A stretch of DNA of 64,000 nucleotides from Gemmatimonadaceae bacterium (GCA_045803545.1 JBJMOW010000005.1:1408001-1472000); one strand, 5' to 3'. Positions 10,720 through 21,771 are shown, counted from the first letter of the stretch. The notes: generated by a model from the sequence alone, not told the origin. Numbers and translations: made by a program.

Positions 10720-11445
10720 ATGCGGGCGGCATACTATAAGGTAGGAACTCCCCGTGCCGGACGAGAGGACGCTACGAGTGACAGCGTGCGATCGGCCAGT
10801 CTTCCCTATCCCCTGTCGCGATTGCAAAACGCGACCGGCTCGACAGAGTGCGACGCTGTCTGGGACGAGTTCCTCGCCCAGTACAGCGACACCGTACTCC
10901 ACACGTGCCGATTAGTCGCGCACGATCGCGACGCGGCAATGGATGCATACGCACACTCGCTCGCAGCTCTGCGCGAGGATGAGTGCCGCAGACTCCGCGC
11001 GTACGTTCCCGCGCCCGGTGTACAGTTTTCGTCGTGGCTGGTCGTAGTCACACGACGCCTCGTCCTCGATTACTTCAGACAGCGCTACGGACGCTCTCGC
11101 AGCAAGGACACTGATCGCCAACAAGCTCAGACAACGCGAAGACGCCTCGAGGATCTCGTAGCCGATGAAATCGATCCCGATCAGATCGTCGGTGAAACGC
11201 AGGCGCCAGATGCTCTAATACGTAGACGGGAGCTCGAGCTGGCACTGACCCGCGCGCTCGACGAGCTCGACCCCGCTGATCGCTTGCTACTCGCCCTTCG
11301 GTTTGAGGACGAGCGACCTGTACGCGAAATCGCACGTACTCTTGCTCTGCCCAGCGTTTTTCACGTCTATCGCCGCCTCGGGGTGGTGCTGTCCATGCTC
11401 CGCCGCGCTCTCGAGAACCGCGGCGTGGATGCGGCTGAGCCATGA
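10720..11445 (+). CDS. ECF sigma-70 factor, triad 1 (start uncertain)
   Basis: Region 2 FSSWLVVVTRRLVLDYFR; region 4 L...DRLLLALRF....VREIARTL. Confidence 0.88.
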   Translation: MRAAYYKVGTPRAGREDATSDSVRSASLPYPLSRLQNATGSTECDAVWDEFLAQYSDTVLHTCRLVAHDRDAAMDAYAHSLAALREDECRRLRAYVPAPGVQFSSWLVVVTRRLVLDYFRQRYGRSRSKDTDRQQAQTTRRRLEDLVADEIDPDQIVGETQAPDALIRRRELELALTRALDELDPADRLLLALRFEDERPVREIARTLALPSVFHVYRRLGVVLSMLRRALENRGVDAAEP

Positions 11446-11454
11446 AGCTTTCTC

Positions 11455-11478
11455 CGCAAAACCGGCACATCGGTCCGT
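11455..11478 (+). promoter_or_regulatory. Putative ECF promoter (copy 2) between sigma 1 and anti-sigma 1
   Basis: cgcaaa accggcacatcg gtccgt. Confidence 0.7.
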
Positions 11479-11517
11479 TCGAATGAGTGACTGGAACTCC
11501 AACGGACAGGTGACGGA

Positions 11518-12117
11518 ATGGCGATGCAGCTGGCCGAGGCGGTCCGCGTGACCGACCAACATCTCGACCCGCGGGAAGTCGCGGCGTATGTCGATCGTGC
11601 TGCAACGCCGAGCGACCGAGCGCGCATCGAATCGCACCTCGCAACCTGCGCTGAATGCCGCGCCGAGGTGAGTGATGCCGCGCGGATCATCGCCACTCTG
11701 CCTCGTTCACGCGGCGCGCGTCGAAGCGTGATTGTCTCGGCGGCTGGAATCGCGGCAATGGTGCTCGTGTTCCTATGGCCTCGCGTCGACCGTGATAATA
11801 CCGGCGGCCAACATCGCGAATCTGCAATCACCACAACAGTCTCGCCGGTGATTCTCACACCGGTTGGCGCAGTCGAATCGGCGAGTGTCTTCACGTGGTC
11901 GTCGGTACCGCACGCCAGCCGCTACACCGTTCAAGTCTTCGACTCCGAGGGATCCGTGGTCTGGCGTGGTGAAGCCGCGGACACCGTTTTGGTGCCACCG
12001 CCGGGCATCACGCTGAAAGCTGGCCGGCCCTACTACTGGAAGGTGGAAGCACAAACTGGATTCGAGCGCAGTGCTTCGACCGATCTCGTCGAGTTCTCCA
12101 TTCGTGGGCCGCGCTAA
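11518..12117 (+). CDS. zf-HC2 anti-sigma factor with TM helix and extracytoplasmic beta domain, triad 1
   Basis: HLATCAEC (HxxxCxxC), hydrophobic helix, FN3-like C-terminus; TAATG overlap with the CHAT gene. Confidence 0.88.
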   Translation: MAMQLAEAVRVTDQHLDPREVAAYVDRAATPSDRARIESHLATCAECRAEVSDAARIIATLPRSRGARRSVIVSAAGIAAMVLVFLWPRVDRDNTGGQHRESAITTTVSPVILTPVGAVESASVFTWSSVPHASRYTVQVFDSEGSVVWRGEAADTVLVPPPGITLKAGRPYYWKVEAQTGFERSASTDLVEFSIRGPR

Positions 12118-15100
12118 TGAGGCGCGCTGTCATCTTCCTCACTCTCAGCATTTCCACGGGCGCGAACGCGCAAGTCGCCCATCTGCGCTCGCTGATCGAA
12201 AGCAATGACAGCGCCGCGCTAATCAATGAGGTGCGGCGCCGACCAGGCGACGCGCGTGATCTGATGGGCGATCTCATTGTGCAGGCGGGTCGCGCGCACA
12301 CGATCGATAGCGACTCGATCATTCGCGTCTCGTATCGACTGGCATCGGCATATAGCACCGTGTGGGACGATCCATTTCCGATAACGAATCTCGCCCGCTT
12401 CAGTCGAATGAGCGCGGACCAGCGCCGAGCCAAAATCAGTGCCGATAGCCTGCGGCTCGCCGGCAACCGCGCGTTTGGCAAAAAGGGAGTCAACGCCGCC
12501 GTCGCCTTATGGCGAGACGCAATTCGACGCTCACGCGCGATCGCGGATACGCCCGGCGTCGCGGCGGCGACCGGAAATATCGGCTCCGCGTTTTATCACG
12601 CCGGCGAGCTCGATAGCGCCCAGTTATATCTGACGCGCGCTCGCGAGATCGCCGAATCGATCGGCGATCGACGCACTGCCGGTAACGCGCTCGGCACCCT
12701 GGGGAGCGTCGCCAAGGATCGCGGGGACCTGCGTGTGGCGCAGCGATCGTACGTGACAGCGTTGGAACTGCGCAATCGAATCGGCGATGTCGAGGGTGCG
12801 AGTGCCGATCACAATAACCTTGGGTTGATCGCCAGCTCGCTCGGTGACGCGAACGATGCTCGCGCCCATTTCACGGATGCACTTCGCATCGCGCGGGACA
12901 ATGACCTCGAGGACGCCAGTGCCACTGCGCTGGTAAACCTGGGCAACCTTGCCAGCAACGAAGGCGACTACGGCAAGGCATCGAAATCGTACCTCGAGGC
13001 GCTCGCTTTGAATCGACGGCTTGGTAACGATGCAGATGCTGCACTCACTCTGCACAATCTCGGATTGCTGGCGTTGCGTGCGGGGGAGTATCGCACCGCC
13101 CATAACCGGTTGCACCAGGCTCTCGCGATTTTCCTGCGTGTCGGCACAACGGAGGATCTCGTGCAAATACGCAGAGACCTCGCGTCAGCGGAGGCGGCGA
13201 TGGGTAACCTGCACGAAGCTCTCGTGCAGCTTCGCCGCGCCGGGCAACTCGTCGACAGAATGCCTCGCGCGTATGAGTTGGCCGGCGCAGTCGCGCTCGC
13301 GGAAGCGGACCTCGCGGTAGAACTGACTGATTTTACCGATGCCGATCGCAAATACGCCCGTGCGCAAAGCCTTTACCACCAGGCCGGAGACGCCCGCGGT
13401 GAGGTAGAGGCACGCGAGGGAACCGCGAGTCTTCTCATCCAACGGGAGCAATACCCGGCTGCGGAAGCGCAGCTCGAAGCCGTACTGCGCGCACAAACTG
13501 CCGCCGGAGAACGTCGGTCGGCCGCGCTCACGCGTCTCTCCCTTGGCCGGGCATATCAGCAGGCGCTCGATACTACGCGTGCACGGCGGCTAATGCGACA
13601 GGCGCTCGATAGTCTGCGTGGGCTTGGTGATGACATTGGGCAGGCAGCGGCCTTTCTCGCGCTTGGCGATCTCGAGCTCGCCACCGGTTTTGGGCTCGCC
13701 GCAGAATCGCAGTACCGTAACGGATTAATCCTAGTCAAAACGCATGATGTACCGGCGTTGTCGTGGCAGCTGCACGCCGCTCTTGGCGAGGCGCTGCACG
13801 ATCGAGGCGCTGCATCCGCTGCGGCTACCGAGCTGCGCGCCGCGATTGCTGACGTCGAGCGCCAGGCTCGCTCACTTCCGACTGCCGAGCGTCGCTCGAT
13901 TTTCCTCACCGACAAATGGGAACCCTATGCCCGGCTCGCGCTCATCGAGCGCGAGCGAGGCGATGTTGCAGCTGCGTTCGTTGCCAGCGAACGGATGCGC
14001 TCCCGTCAGATGCTGGAGCTTTTCAATCGCGGCAGCGTCGCGCTTGCCGCTACGGATTCCGCTGTCATCGAGCGTGCTCAGACTCTTCGCAGTCGAATCG
14101 CTGTACTGACAGAGCGTCTCGAGAAAAGAACCGCATCTGGCGGACTGCGCGGCCCTGACTTAGCCGACCACGCGAGCGGTGTGACGCGAGAAGCGCTGGC
14201 ACAGGCACAGGGAGAATATCAGCATGTGCTGATTGAGCTGAATGACAACCGGATTGCGCCGAGTGGCGGCACGGATGTGAGCCAGTGGAGGAGTATTGCG
14301 GCGCACCTGGCGGGTGATCAGGCGCTGCTCGAATATCTGGTAACCGATTCAACGACCCTGGTGTTTGTCGTGAAATCGGACACTATCCAAGCGCTCGACC
14401 TCGGCGTTGGCAGGCGAGCGCTATTGACGCTGGTCGATTTCGCCCGCGGTACTCTCGATGGCTCGAACAGAGGTTCGTCGCATGCGGCGTGGCGCGCGCC
14501 ACTGCGGAGATTGTACGCGCAGCTCATTGCTCCAGTGGAAGAGTCCGGATTACTCGACGACGTGCACCAGCTCGTGATCATTCCGCACGCCGATCTTCAC
14601 TACCTGCCCTTCGCCGCCCTGTTACGGGGGCCGACTCGCGATGAGTTTCTGGTTCAGCGGTTTGACATCGGCTACGCTCCGTCGGCCTCATTGTGGCTGA
14701 AGCTGAATGCGCGAGGATCGTCGGCCAGCAACAGGGTATTGGCGCTGGCTCCGCTCGCGAAAACGCTGCCCGGATCGGCAGATGAAGTTGTCGCTATAAA
14801 ATCGTTGTACGGCACTGACGCGACGATTCTGAGTAACAGCGAAGCGACCGAGAACGCATTCCGCATCAATGCGGATCGTTTCGGCATTGTGCATCTCGCC
14901 ACCAATGGCGTACTGAATCGGCACAATCCTCTCTTTTCATTCGTCGAGCTGACCGCCGATCCCGCCAACGATGGTCGGTTGGAAGTCCACGAAGTGTTTG
15001 GCCTGACGCTTCATGCACGGTTAGTCGTTTTGAGCGCATGCCAGACAGCGCTCGCATCAGGTGCCGTCTCTGACGTGCCCGCCGGTGATGACTGGGTCGG

Positions 15101-15332
15101 GCTTGCCCGGGCATTCCTTGGTGCCGGCGCAGAGCACGTGATAGCAACGTTGTGGGCGGTGGAAGATCGGTCGACGGCCAACGTGATGAGACGCCTGTAC
15201 GAGCGGTTGCGGGCGGGCGATTCGGTGGTTGGTGCCCTATCAGAGGCACAACGCCAAACGCTGCGCAATCCGGGTACTTCCAGTCCGTTCTATTGGGGAG
15301 GCTTCATTTCAGTTGGAGGGAATGGACGGTGA
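12117..15332 (+). CDS. Exported TPR-CHAT (caspase-like) protein, triad 1; catalytic His appears replaced by Asn
   Basis: Signal peptide, long TPR array, IIPHADLHYLPFAAL, VHLATNG, LSACQT, LWAVED, PFYWGGF. Confidence 0.92.
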   Translation: MRRAVIFLTLSISTGANAQVAHLRSLIESNDSAALINEVRRRPGDARDLMGDLIVQAGRAHTIDSDSIIRVSYRLASAYSTVWDDPFPITNLARFSRMSADQRRAKISADSLRLAGNRAFGKKGVNAAVALWRDAIRRSRAIADTPGVAAATGNIGSAFYHAGELDSAQLYLTRAREIAESIGDRRTAGNALGTLGSVAKDRGDLRVAQRSYVTALELRNRIGDVEGASADHNNLGLIASSLGDANDARAHFTDALRIARDNDLEDASATALVNLGNLASNEGDYGKASKSYLEALALNRRLGNDADAALTLHNLGLLALRAGEYRTAHNRLHQALAIFLRVGTTEDLVQIRRDLASAEAAMGNLHEALVQLRRAGQLVDRMPRAYELAGAVALAEADLAVELTDFTDADRKYARAQSLYHQAGDARGEVEAREGTASLLIQREQYPAAEAQLEAVLRAQTAAGERRSAALTRLSLGRAYQQALDTTRARRLMRQALDSLRGLGDDIGQAAAFLALGDLELATGFGLAAESQYRNGLILVKTHDVPALSWQLHAALGEALHDRGAASAAATELRAAIADVERQARSLPTAERRSIFLTDKWEPYARLALIERERGDVAAAFVASERMRSRQMLELFNRGSVALAATDSAVIERAQTLRSRIAVLTERLEKRTASGGLRGPDLADHASGVTREALAQAQGEYQHVLIELNDNRIAPSGGTDVSQWRSIAAHLAGDQALLEYLVTDSTTLVFVVKSDTIQALDLGVGRRALLTLVDFARGTLDGSNRGSSHAAWRAPLRRLYAQLIAPVEESGLLDDVHQLVIIPHADLHYLPFAALLRGPTRDEFLVQRFDIGYAPSASLWLKLNARGSSASNRVLALAPLAKTLPGSADEVVAIKSLYGTDATILSNSEATENAFRINADRFGIVHLATNGVLNRHNPLFSFVELTADPANDGRLEVHEVFGLTLHARLVVLSACQTALASGAVSDVPAGDDWVGLARAFLGAGAEHVIATLWAVEDRSTANVMRRLYERLRAGDSVVGALSEAQRQTLRNPGTSSPFYWGGFISVGGNGR
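15264..15288 (+). promoter_or_regulatory. Promoter-like variant CGCAAT-N13-GTCCGT inside the CHAT1 3' end
   Basis: cgcaat ccgggtacttcca gtccgt, 46 nt before ATG 15335. Confidence 0.45.
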
Positions 15333-15334
15333 CG

Positions 15335-17203
15335 ATGGCCATGTCAACGCTTTTCGCGCGTATCCACACAGCGCCCAGTCGTGTGGCTGTTGTCTGGTCT
15401 ATCGCGCTCTCGGTGTGGTCTTGCGGTGGCGCCGATGCGAGCGGGCCCCCCGAATCTCCCTTGACTGTCGCGTTGTCCGCAAGCGCGAATCGATTGACGG
15501 CGCCGGGTGACATCACGCTGTCCGCCGCCGCTACAGGAACGAGTGGGGCCAGCATTCAGAAAGTCGAGTTCTACGAGCAAATCATTGGCATCGATCCGAA
15601 TCCGAGAAAAACCGGCGAGGACCTCGATGCTCCCTATGAAATGACGCGCACGGTGTCGACCCCTGCAGAGAACGGCGACATCGGGTTCACTGCCAGGATG
15701 TATGACGCCGGCGGGCATAGCGGGACTAGTAATCAGGTCATGGTCACTGTCGCCATCATCTCTGACAATACGCCATTGCAAGCAACGGTGCCGGCGCCCC
15801 CGACGCGTATCACCACTCCAGGCCGCCTCAATTTCACTATCTCTGCAAACAAGGCGATCTCCCGCGCCGAGCTTTACAACGGAACGACAAGAGTCGCCGA
15901 GATTACGAACCCCACCGCACCCTATGTCCTCAGCTTGCCCGTCACCCAAGCCAACAACGGCACGCAGGCGTATGTCGTGAAAGTGTACGACTTCGTAGGT
16001 CAGGTCGTCGAATCCGCACCAATGAGTGTGGACGTCGACATCCGCTGGGATTTCGTCCACACCTTCAACGACATCAGCTCCACACGGAACTGGTTCGTTG
16101 CAACTGACGCCACGAATTCCGTCTACTTGACGGGCCCGACTGCGCCCCCCTACGACCTCGTTCTTATCAAGCAGGATGCCGCTGGACACGAGCTTTGGCG
16201 GCGAACTTTTGGCGGCCCGAACTGGGAGTATCCAAACTCGATCGGCGTAGATGCGTCGGGTCGGATTTATATCTCGGGAAGCATTTACGTATCAGGTAAC
16301 CTGACGCAAGGAAGTTGTTTTCTTACGCTTTACGATGCAGCGGGAAGCCTTATACGCACCCAACAGATTAGTGGCAGTTCGATAACAAACGCGGAAGGCT
16401 GCACTGCTGCTGCTGACGAGTCTGGAAATTTTTATGTAGTCGGTCACACTGCGGAACCCACTGATGGACACAAGTTCGTTCTGAAATACGACCGCGACGG
16501 CGCGCTCATTTGGAGCCGCAAGTTCGGCGGGCAAGCATTCCCGGCCAGTGAATTTCCCACAGACGAAGTCGCCGGGATTACGGTCGACTCCTTTGGCGGC
16601 ATCTACGTTAGCGGTTATACCGGACTGAGTTTCGACGGCGCGCCAAATCGCGGTCCGCGCGACGGATTCGTGCTCAAGTTCGACGTGGATGGCAATCGCG
16701 TATGGTCGAGACAATACGGCACTGCAGGGGTTCTGACCTTCGGTGACGGCATCGCGCCCGACCCCGACGGTGGTGTATTTGTGGTCGGCTCAACGGACGA
16801 TGCCAATAACAGGTTCTACAACTCCAACGGTTTTGTTCAGCGATATGGCTCCGATGGAGTCTTGTCGTGGACGCGTACGATCGACGGGGGGCGGACGGAT
16901 AACATGTACCGTGTTGTCGCTGATCGAAACGGCGTCAATGTTGTCGGAGAGACCTACGTTGGCGACTCCTCGCACGACATAACCGAGCCGAGACAGGGCT
17001 CGTTCGACGCGTTGCTGACAAGGTTCTCCCGCGATGGAGAGCGACTATTTGTCAGACTGCTCGGAACTCGCGATTCGGATTTCGCCACTGACGTCGCCAT
17101 TGGAGTGAACGGCGATGTCTACGTCTCCGGCGGATTTATGTACGACCAGTCGGCAACTCTCCATCACCCGTTCCTCGCGCGGCACCGAGATGTCACTCCA
17201 TAG
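15335..17203 (+). CDS. Lipoprotein: two Ig-like domains plus SBBP-type beta-propeller (paralog A)
   Basis: Lipobox-like VWSC; QKVEFYE Ig domain; repeated GNFYVVG / KYD.DG...W.R.FG. Confidence 0.82.
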   Translation: MAMSTLFARIHTAPSRVAVVWSIALSVWSCGGADASGPPESPLTVALSASANRLTAPGDITLSAAATGTSGASIQKVEFYEQIIGIDPNPRKTGEDLDAPYEMTRTVSTPAENGDIGFTARMYDAGGHSGTSNQVMVTVAIISDNTPLQATVPAPPTRITTPGRLNFTISANKAISRAELYNGTTRVAEITNPTAPYVLSLPVTQANNGTQAYVVKVYDFVGQVVESAPMSVDVDIRWDFVHTFNDISSTRNWFVATDATNSVYLTGPTAPPYDLVLIKQDAAGHELWRRTFGGPNWEYPNSIGVDASGRIYISGSIYVSGNLTQGSCFLTLYDAAGSLIRTQQISGSSITNAEGCTAAADESGNFYVVGHTAEPTDGHKFVLKYDRDGALIWSRKFGGQAFPASEFPTDEVAGITVDSFGGIYVSGYTGLSFDGAPNRGPRDGFVLKFDVDGNRVWSRQYGTAGVLTFGDGIAPDPDGGVFVVGSTDDANNRFYNSNGFVQRYGSDGVLSWTRTIDGGRTDNMYRVVADRNGVNVVGETYVGDSSHDITEPRQGSFDALLTRFSRDGERLFVRLLGTRDSDFATDVAIGVNGDVYVSGGFMYDQSATLHHPFLARHRDVTP

Positions 17204-19055
17204 GCTCGGCTTCCTGGCGCTTGCGAGTTACGTCGCGGCGTTCACCTTGCTTGGCCCAGCTGGGTGTTCGTCCGCCAGCCACGATGCGACTGGTCCGGCT
17301 ACAACTGGGCCGCAAGTAACCCTTATAGCCAATCCGACGAGTGTGACAAGCGTCGCTCAAATAGTTCTCAGCGCATCAGTAACGGACGGCAATGGAGGAA
17401 CGGTCCAGAAGGTGGAGTTTTACGAACGAATCATAGGCGTAGATGCGAGTCCTAGAAAAATCGGCGAAGATTCCCAGCCTCCCTATGCGTTCGCCCGCGA
17501 CGTACAAAGCTCGGCAGACAACGGCACGCGAGAATATACCGCCAAAGCCTACGACGCTGCGCAACACGTGGGAATTAGCAATGCGGTGATGGTCGCGGTG
17601 AAGCTGGCAACTGACACGCCGATGTTAAGCCCAGGCGTGTACGTCTCACAAACCAGCATCACTACACCGGGACAAATCAGGTTCACGGTGGTGACCGACA
17701 AAGCGGTCGCTCGAATAGAGGTCGACAACGGTGACGCGAAGGTCGCGGAGCTCGTGCCGCAGTCGCAGCCATACGTCGTAAGCGTGCCGGTAACTTCAGC
17801 GAACAACGGCAAACAGACCTACGCCGTGAAAGCTTACGATGCGACGGGGAACGTCATCGAGAGCGCAGCGATGGATGTCGTGGTAGATATCCAATGGGAT
17901 GTCATTCGCACCATCCCTGACATTCAGAAGGGAGGTGCTTACGGGCCGTTCGTCGTTACCGATGCAGACGGCGCGGTGTACGTAGCGGGCGACAACGAGG
18001 TGGAAACGCCGGTTCGCCACACAGACGGGTTTCTGATCAAACATGATGCGGATGGCAATCGGCTCTGGATTCGGACGTTCGGTGGGTCCAACACTCAGCA
18101 CGTCGACGCCGCAGGCGTCGACGGTTCAGGCCGAGTGTACATCGCAGGAGACGTGTATTCCGGTGTCGGCCTCCGCAAGAATTGCTTCCTCAACCTTTTT
18201 GACCGATCCGGCGCGACCGTTCGGACGCAGATCATCGACATCCAAGGTTGGTCGAAAGACTCGTGTGTGGCCGCATCGGACGCAGCGGGGAATTTTTATG
18301 TCGCTGGCTCGGTGAGCGATTCCGCCAATGGCGTCCTCAACATCTTCATCGTCAAGTATGATAAAGACGGTGGCGCAACCTGGACGCGCCAATTCCGGAG
18401 CCAGCCTGACACGACCTTCGCTTTCGTTAGCGGCATCGCTGTCGATCCACTCGGCGGTGTGTATGTGGTCGGCTTCACTAACGGAAGCATCGGCGGCTCG
18501 CCAAGTGGTGGTGCGTTTGATCTCTTTCTCGTGAAATATGATGGCGATGGAAATCGGCTCTGGGCGCGCCAAGCCGGACAGGTCGGCCATAACACGCAGG
18601 GTGTCCAGCTCGCACCTGATCCCGATGGTGGCGTTTATGTGCTAGGCAACGCCTACGACTCCGAGATACGGGCCACTGTTCTCGTGCTACGCACTGGCGC
18701 AGACGGCACTATCCGATGGGTCCGTAGCTTGAGCGGCCACTGGAGCGACCAGGCTACAGGAATTGCGGTGGATCGGCGCGGAGTCTACGTCGTCGGTTAT
18801 ACGCTTGGTCCGCCGACTGTTCCGGGAGTTCCTCCCGACGGCGAGATAAGAGAGGCAGCACAAGGCGATTGGGATGCGTTTCTCGCGAAGCTCTCCCCGG
18901 ATGGCTCTCTGCTATCAGTTCGTTTGCTCGGCACTCCAGTGCATGACGGCGCGACTGGAGTAGCAGTCGGCTCAAACGGCAAGATTTACGTCAGCGGCCT
19001 ACTCGGTGGATTCTACACGCCCATCCTGGCACGCGACCCAAATGTTGTTCCGTAG
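17190..19055 (+). CDS. Lipoprotein: two Ig-like domains plus SBBP-type beta-propeller (paralog B)
   Basis: Lipobox-like PAGC; shares QKVEFYE.IIG.D..PRK.GED, ITTPG and DI.WD with the upstream gene. Confidence 0.82.
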   Translation: MSLHRLGFLALASYVAAFTLLGPAGCSSASHDATGPATTGPQVTLIANPTSVTSVAQIVLSASVTDGNGGTVQKVEFYERIIGVDASPRKIGEDSQPPYAFARDVQSSADNGTREYTAKAYDAAQHVGISNAVMVAVKLATDTPMLSPGVYVSQTSITTPGQIRFTVVTDKAVARIEVDNGDAKVAELVPQSQPYVVSVPVTSANNGKQTYAVKAYDATGNVIESAAMDVVVDIQWDVIRTIPDIQKGGAYGPFVVTDADGAVYVAGDNEVETPVRHTDGFLIKHDADGNRLWIRTFGGSNTQHVDAAGVDGSGRVYIAGDVYSGVGLRKNCFLNLFDRSGATVRTQIIDIQGWSKDSCVAASDAAGNFYVAGSVSDSANGVLNIFIVKYDKDGGATWTRQFRSQPDTTFAFVSGIAVDPLGGVYVVGFTNGSIGGSPSGGAFDLFLVKYDGDGNRLWARQAGQVGHNTQGVQLAPDPDGGVYVLGNAYDSEIRATVLVLRTGADGTIRWVRSLSGHWSDQATGIAVDRRGVYVVGYTLGPPTVPGVPPDGEIREAAQGDWDAFLAKLSPDGSLLSVRLLGTPVHDGATGVAVGSNGKIYVSGLLGGFYTPILARDPNVVP

Positions 19056-21771
19056 TTCCGCTCTCTGCGTCCTCGCGATCTGCGTCTGCGCTTGCTCGCA
19101 GGATACCGCGGGCCCGCGCGGAGGCGCGCCTCCGTCGCCCATGTATATATCCAACTCGCAGTCGGCGGCACTGGACGCTTCAATCGCGACTGCGTCGGTC
19201 ACGCGCTCGACAGCGCAGCCCAACATAAAGGCATCACGCAGCGTCGCGATCACGACAGACGAAGTCAACGTCGCCTACATATCGCTGGAACCTCAGACTG
19301 CTCCGACCGGAACGACTGCGGTCATCACCAACGTGCGAACAGCCGTGAGCGTTACTACACCCATGGTTGACGGCGGAATCGATCCGGTTCCCTTGCCCGC
19401 TAACCCCGGTGACAGTGTGACAATCGCCATCAGAACCACCGGTGGAATAACCGTCGAAACGATCGCCAACACCGTTCCGAAGCGTCGTCCGCCCACAATC
19501 GTGCGCACGATTCCTGGGCGCGGTAAAACTGGTGTGCCCCTTAACAAGAACATCGAGATCATTTTCACCGAGCCGGTCGAGCAATCCTCACTGTCTGGAT
19601 CCGTGCAACTTCTGCACGCCGGCGCACAGGTCGCGGGAACCGCCGAAATCCTGCAGGGTGTCACTGCTGCCGTCGTCTTCAAGCCGACACAACAACTCGA
19701 CCCCAACAGTGACTATGAACTCGTTGTAACCAACGGCGTGCGTGATCAGGATGGTGAGGTCCTCGACTCCGCGGTAACAGTTCCGTTCAAGACGGGAACC
19801 ACCACGGAAGGTCCGGTCGCAACGCTTAGTATCACGCCCAACGCAGCAGACGTAAGAGCGGGAGACGAATTCCAGCTGGTTGTCGTCGCCGAAGACGCAA
19901 ACGGTACGCTGCTCACCGGTCGTCCGATTACCTGGTGGTACACAGATTCAACGGTGGCAGTCGTCACCAACACTGGACTAGTCACTGCTCGAGGTGAAGG
20001 CACTGCGTTCGTTTTGGCGGAGATCGACGGTTTCTTCGTCGCCACCTCCATTCGCGTATCCAACGCATTACGTCCGGTGGCGTCTGTCACTGTTTCATTC
20101 GACTCCGCGAACATCGCACCGGGCGGCGTGCTTCGCGTAGCCGCAATAGCAACAGACGCCGACGGAAATCTGCTGTTGCACCGGCTGGCAACCTGGTCAA
20201 GCAGCAATCCAAACGTCGCGAAGGTCGCCGGCGCTCCACAACCCCAACCGCCGGAAACCAATGTCAGCCGTGTGCTGCTTAACGGACTTTTCGTCACTCC
20301 GTTGGCGATGTATCCAGCAGACGTATCCGGCTTTGATAATGGGGTCTCGCGTATTGTCGCGACAATCGAGGGACACAGCGATACGATCGTGGTCACCGTC
20401 GCCAACTCACCACCAATCGTCGGGTTGACGTTGTCGCAAGATACTGCAACCCTGTTATTGCGTCAGACAACACAGCTTGTGGCCTCGAGGGTGAATTCTG
20501 CGGGTGGACGCGCGGCTGTCCCCACAACAGATGTCCAGTGGGAGAGCTCCAACCCTGCGGTGGCGGCGGTCGATGTTAGCGGACTGGTAACCGCGGACGG
20601 CGCTGGCACCGCAACCATCACAGGCCATTGGACCACCTACAGCGCAACCACTCGCGTCACTGTGGTCGAACTCGCGTTCCGTGCGGTGAGCGCTGGACGC
20701 ACTCACACTTGCGCACTCACTGCAAGCGGTAACGCCTATTGCTGGGGCGCGACTGACTTCGGCCAGGCAGGCAGGCCCGGGATTGTCGATTACGGCTCAT
20801 TGGGATCTCCTGCGCGAATCTTTTTTCCGACGCCAATACCAGTTGCTGAGGGACTCACATTCTCCGCAGTTACCGCCGGTGGTTTTCATTCGTGCGCTTT
20901 GACTGTTGCGGGCGCTGCCTATTGCTGGGGATTCAACGGTTACGGTGCGCTAGGCGCCGGCAATCACGACGACTCCTGGCGCCCAGTAGCTGTTACCGGC
21001 GGTCACTCCTTCGTTAGCCTGGATGCTGGATCGCAGCACACGTGCGGGATCACGGCTGCCGGTAGTGCGTACTGCTGGGGGTCAAACAGCAGCGGGCAGC
21101 TCGGAAGTTCCGCAGTGAAATCCGGCACGAGCCCGCTGCTTGTCGCCGGCGGCATCGCGTTCGTATCGTTGAGCGCCGGCGGCTCCCATACATGTGCGCT
21201 CACATCTGACGGCGTTGCGTATTGCTGGGGCGAAAACGCCGGCGGCCAACTCGGAGTTGGCGAAAGCGTTACCAGCAGCGCGACTCCGCTACTGGTGAGC
21301 GGCGGATTGACGTTCGCTTCGATCAACGCGGGTGAATCTCACACGTGCGGTATCACGCGCTCGGGCTCACTGTATTGCTGGGGATGGAACTTCGAGAACC
21401 AGCTCGGGAATGGAATCCAGTCGACGCCGAGTGCCGTGCCAACGGCCGTCGCCGGCAATCTGAACTTTATCGAAATCGGCGCAGGTACGTCGCACTCGTG
21501 TGCGATCGACGCGACCAATGTTGCCTATTGCTGGGGACAGAATCTCAATGCGCAGATTGGAATCGGAAGCAGTACGTCCGATTTGTTTGCGACTCCGCAA
21601 CGAGTCAGCGGTGGCCTCGCATTTCAGAAACTGAGTGCCGGCCGTTCGCACACCTGCGCTGCGACAACGGCGGGGGTCTGGTATTGCTGGGGCCATAATG
21701 AGAGCGGCGTGCTCGGTGTCGGCAATACGACTGACAGCGGCACGCCGTCAAAGATTCTCGGACAGCGGTGA
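19042..21771 (+). CDS. Lipoprotein: Ig-like domains plus RCC1/BLIP-II propeller (paralog A)
   Basis: Lipobox CACS; W.SSNP.VA Ig repeats; about seven AG..HTC.....G.AYCWG.N..GQLG repeats. Confidence 0.9.
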   Translation: MLFRSSALCVLAICVCACSQDTAGPRGGAPPSPMYISNSQSAALDASIATASVTRSTAQPNIKASRSVAITTDEVNVAYISLEPQTAPTGTTAVITNVRTAVSVTTPMVDGGIDPVPLPANPGDSVTIAIRTTGGITVETIANTVPKRRPPTIVRTIPGRGKTGVPLNKNIEIIFTEPVEQSSLSGSVQLLHAGAQVAGTAEILQGVTAAVVFKPTQQLDPNSDYELVVTNGVRDQDGEVLDSAVTVPFKTGTTTEGPVATLSITPNAADVRAGDEFQLVVVAEDANGTLLTGRPITWWYTDSTVAVVTNTGLVTARGEGTAFVLAEIDGFFVATSIRVSNALRPVASVTVSFDSANIAPGGVLRVAAIATDADGNLLLHRLATWSSSNPNVAKVAGAPQPQPPETNVSRVLLNGLFVTPLAMYPADVSGFDNGVSRIVATIEGHSDTIVVTVANSPPIVGLTLSQDTATLLLRQTTQLVASRVNSAGGRAAVPTTDVQWESSNPAVAAVDVSGLVTADGAGTATITGHWTTYSATTRVTVVELAFRAVSAGRTHTCALTASGNAYCWGATDFGQAGRPGIVDYGSLGSPARIFFPTPIPVAEGLTFSAVTAGGFHSCALTVAGAAYCWGFNGYGALGAGNHDDSWRPVAVTGGHSFVSLDAGSQHTCGITAAGSAYCWGSNSSGQLGSSAVKSGTSPLLVAGGIAFVSLSAGGSHTCALTSDGVAYCWGENAGGQLGVGESVTSSATPLLVSGGLTFASINAGESHTCGITRSGSLYCWGWNFENQLGNGIQSTPSAVPTAVAGNLNFIEIGAGTSHSCAIDATNVAYCWGQNLNAQIGIGSSTSDLFATPQRVSGGLAFQKLSAGRSHTCAATTAGVWYCWGHNESGVLGVGNTTDSGTPSKILGQR

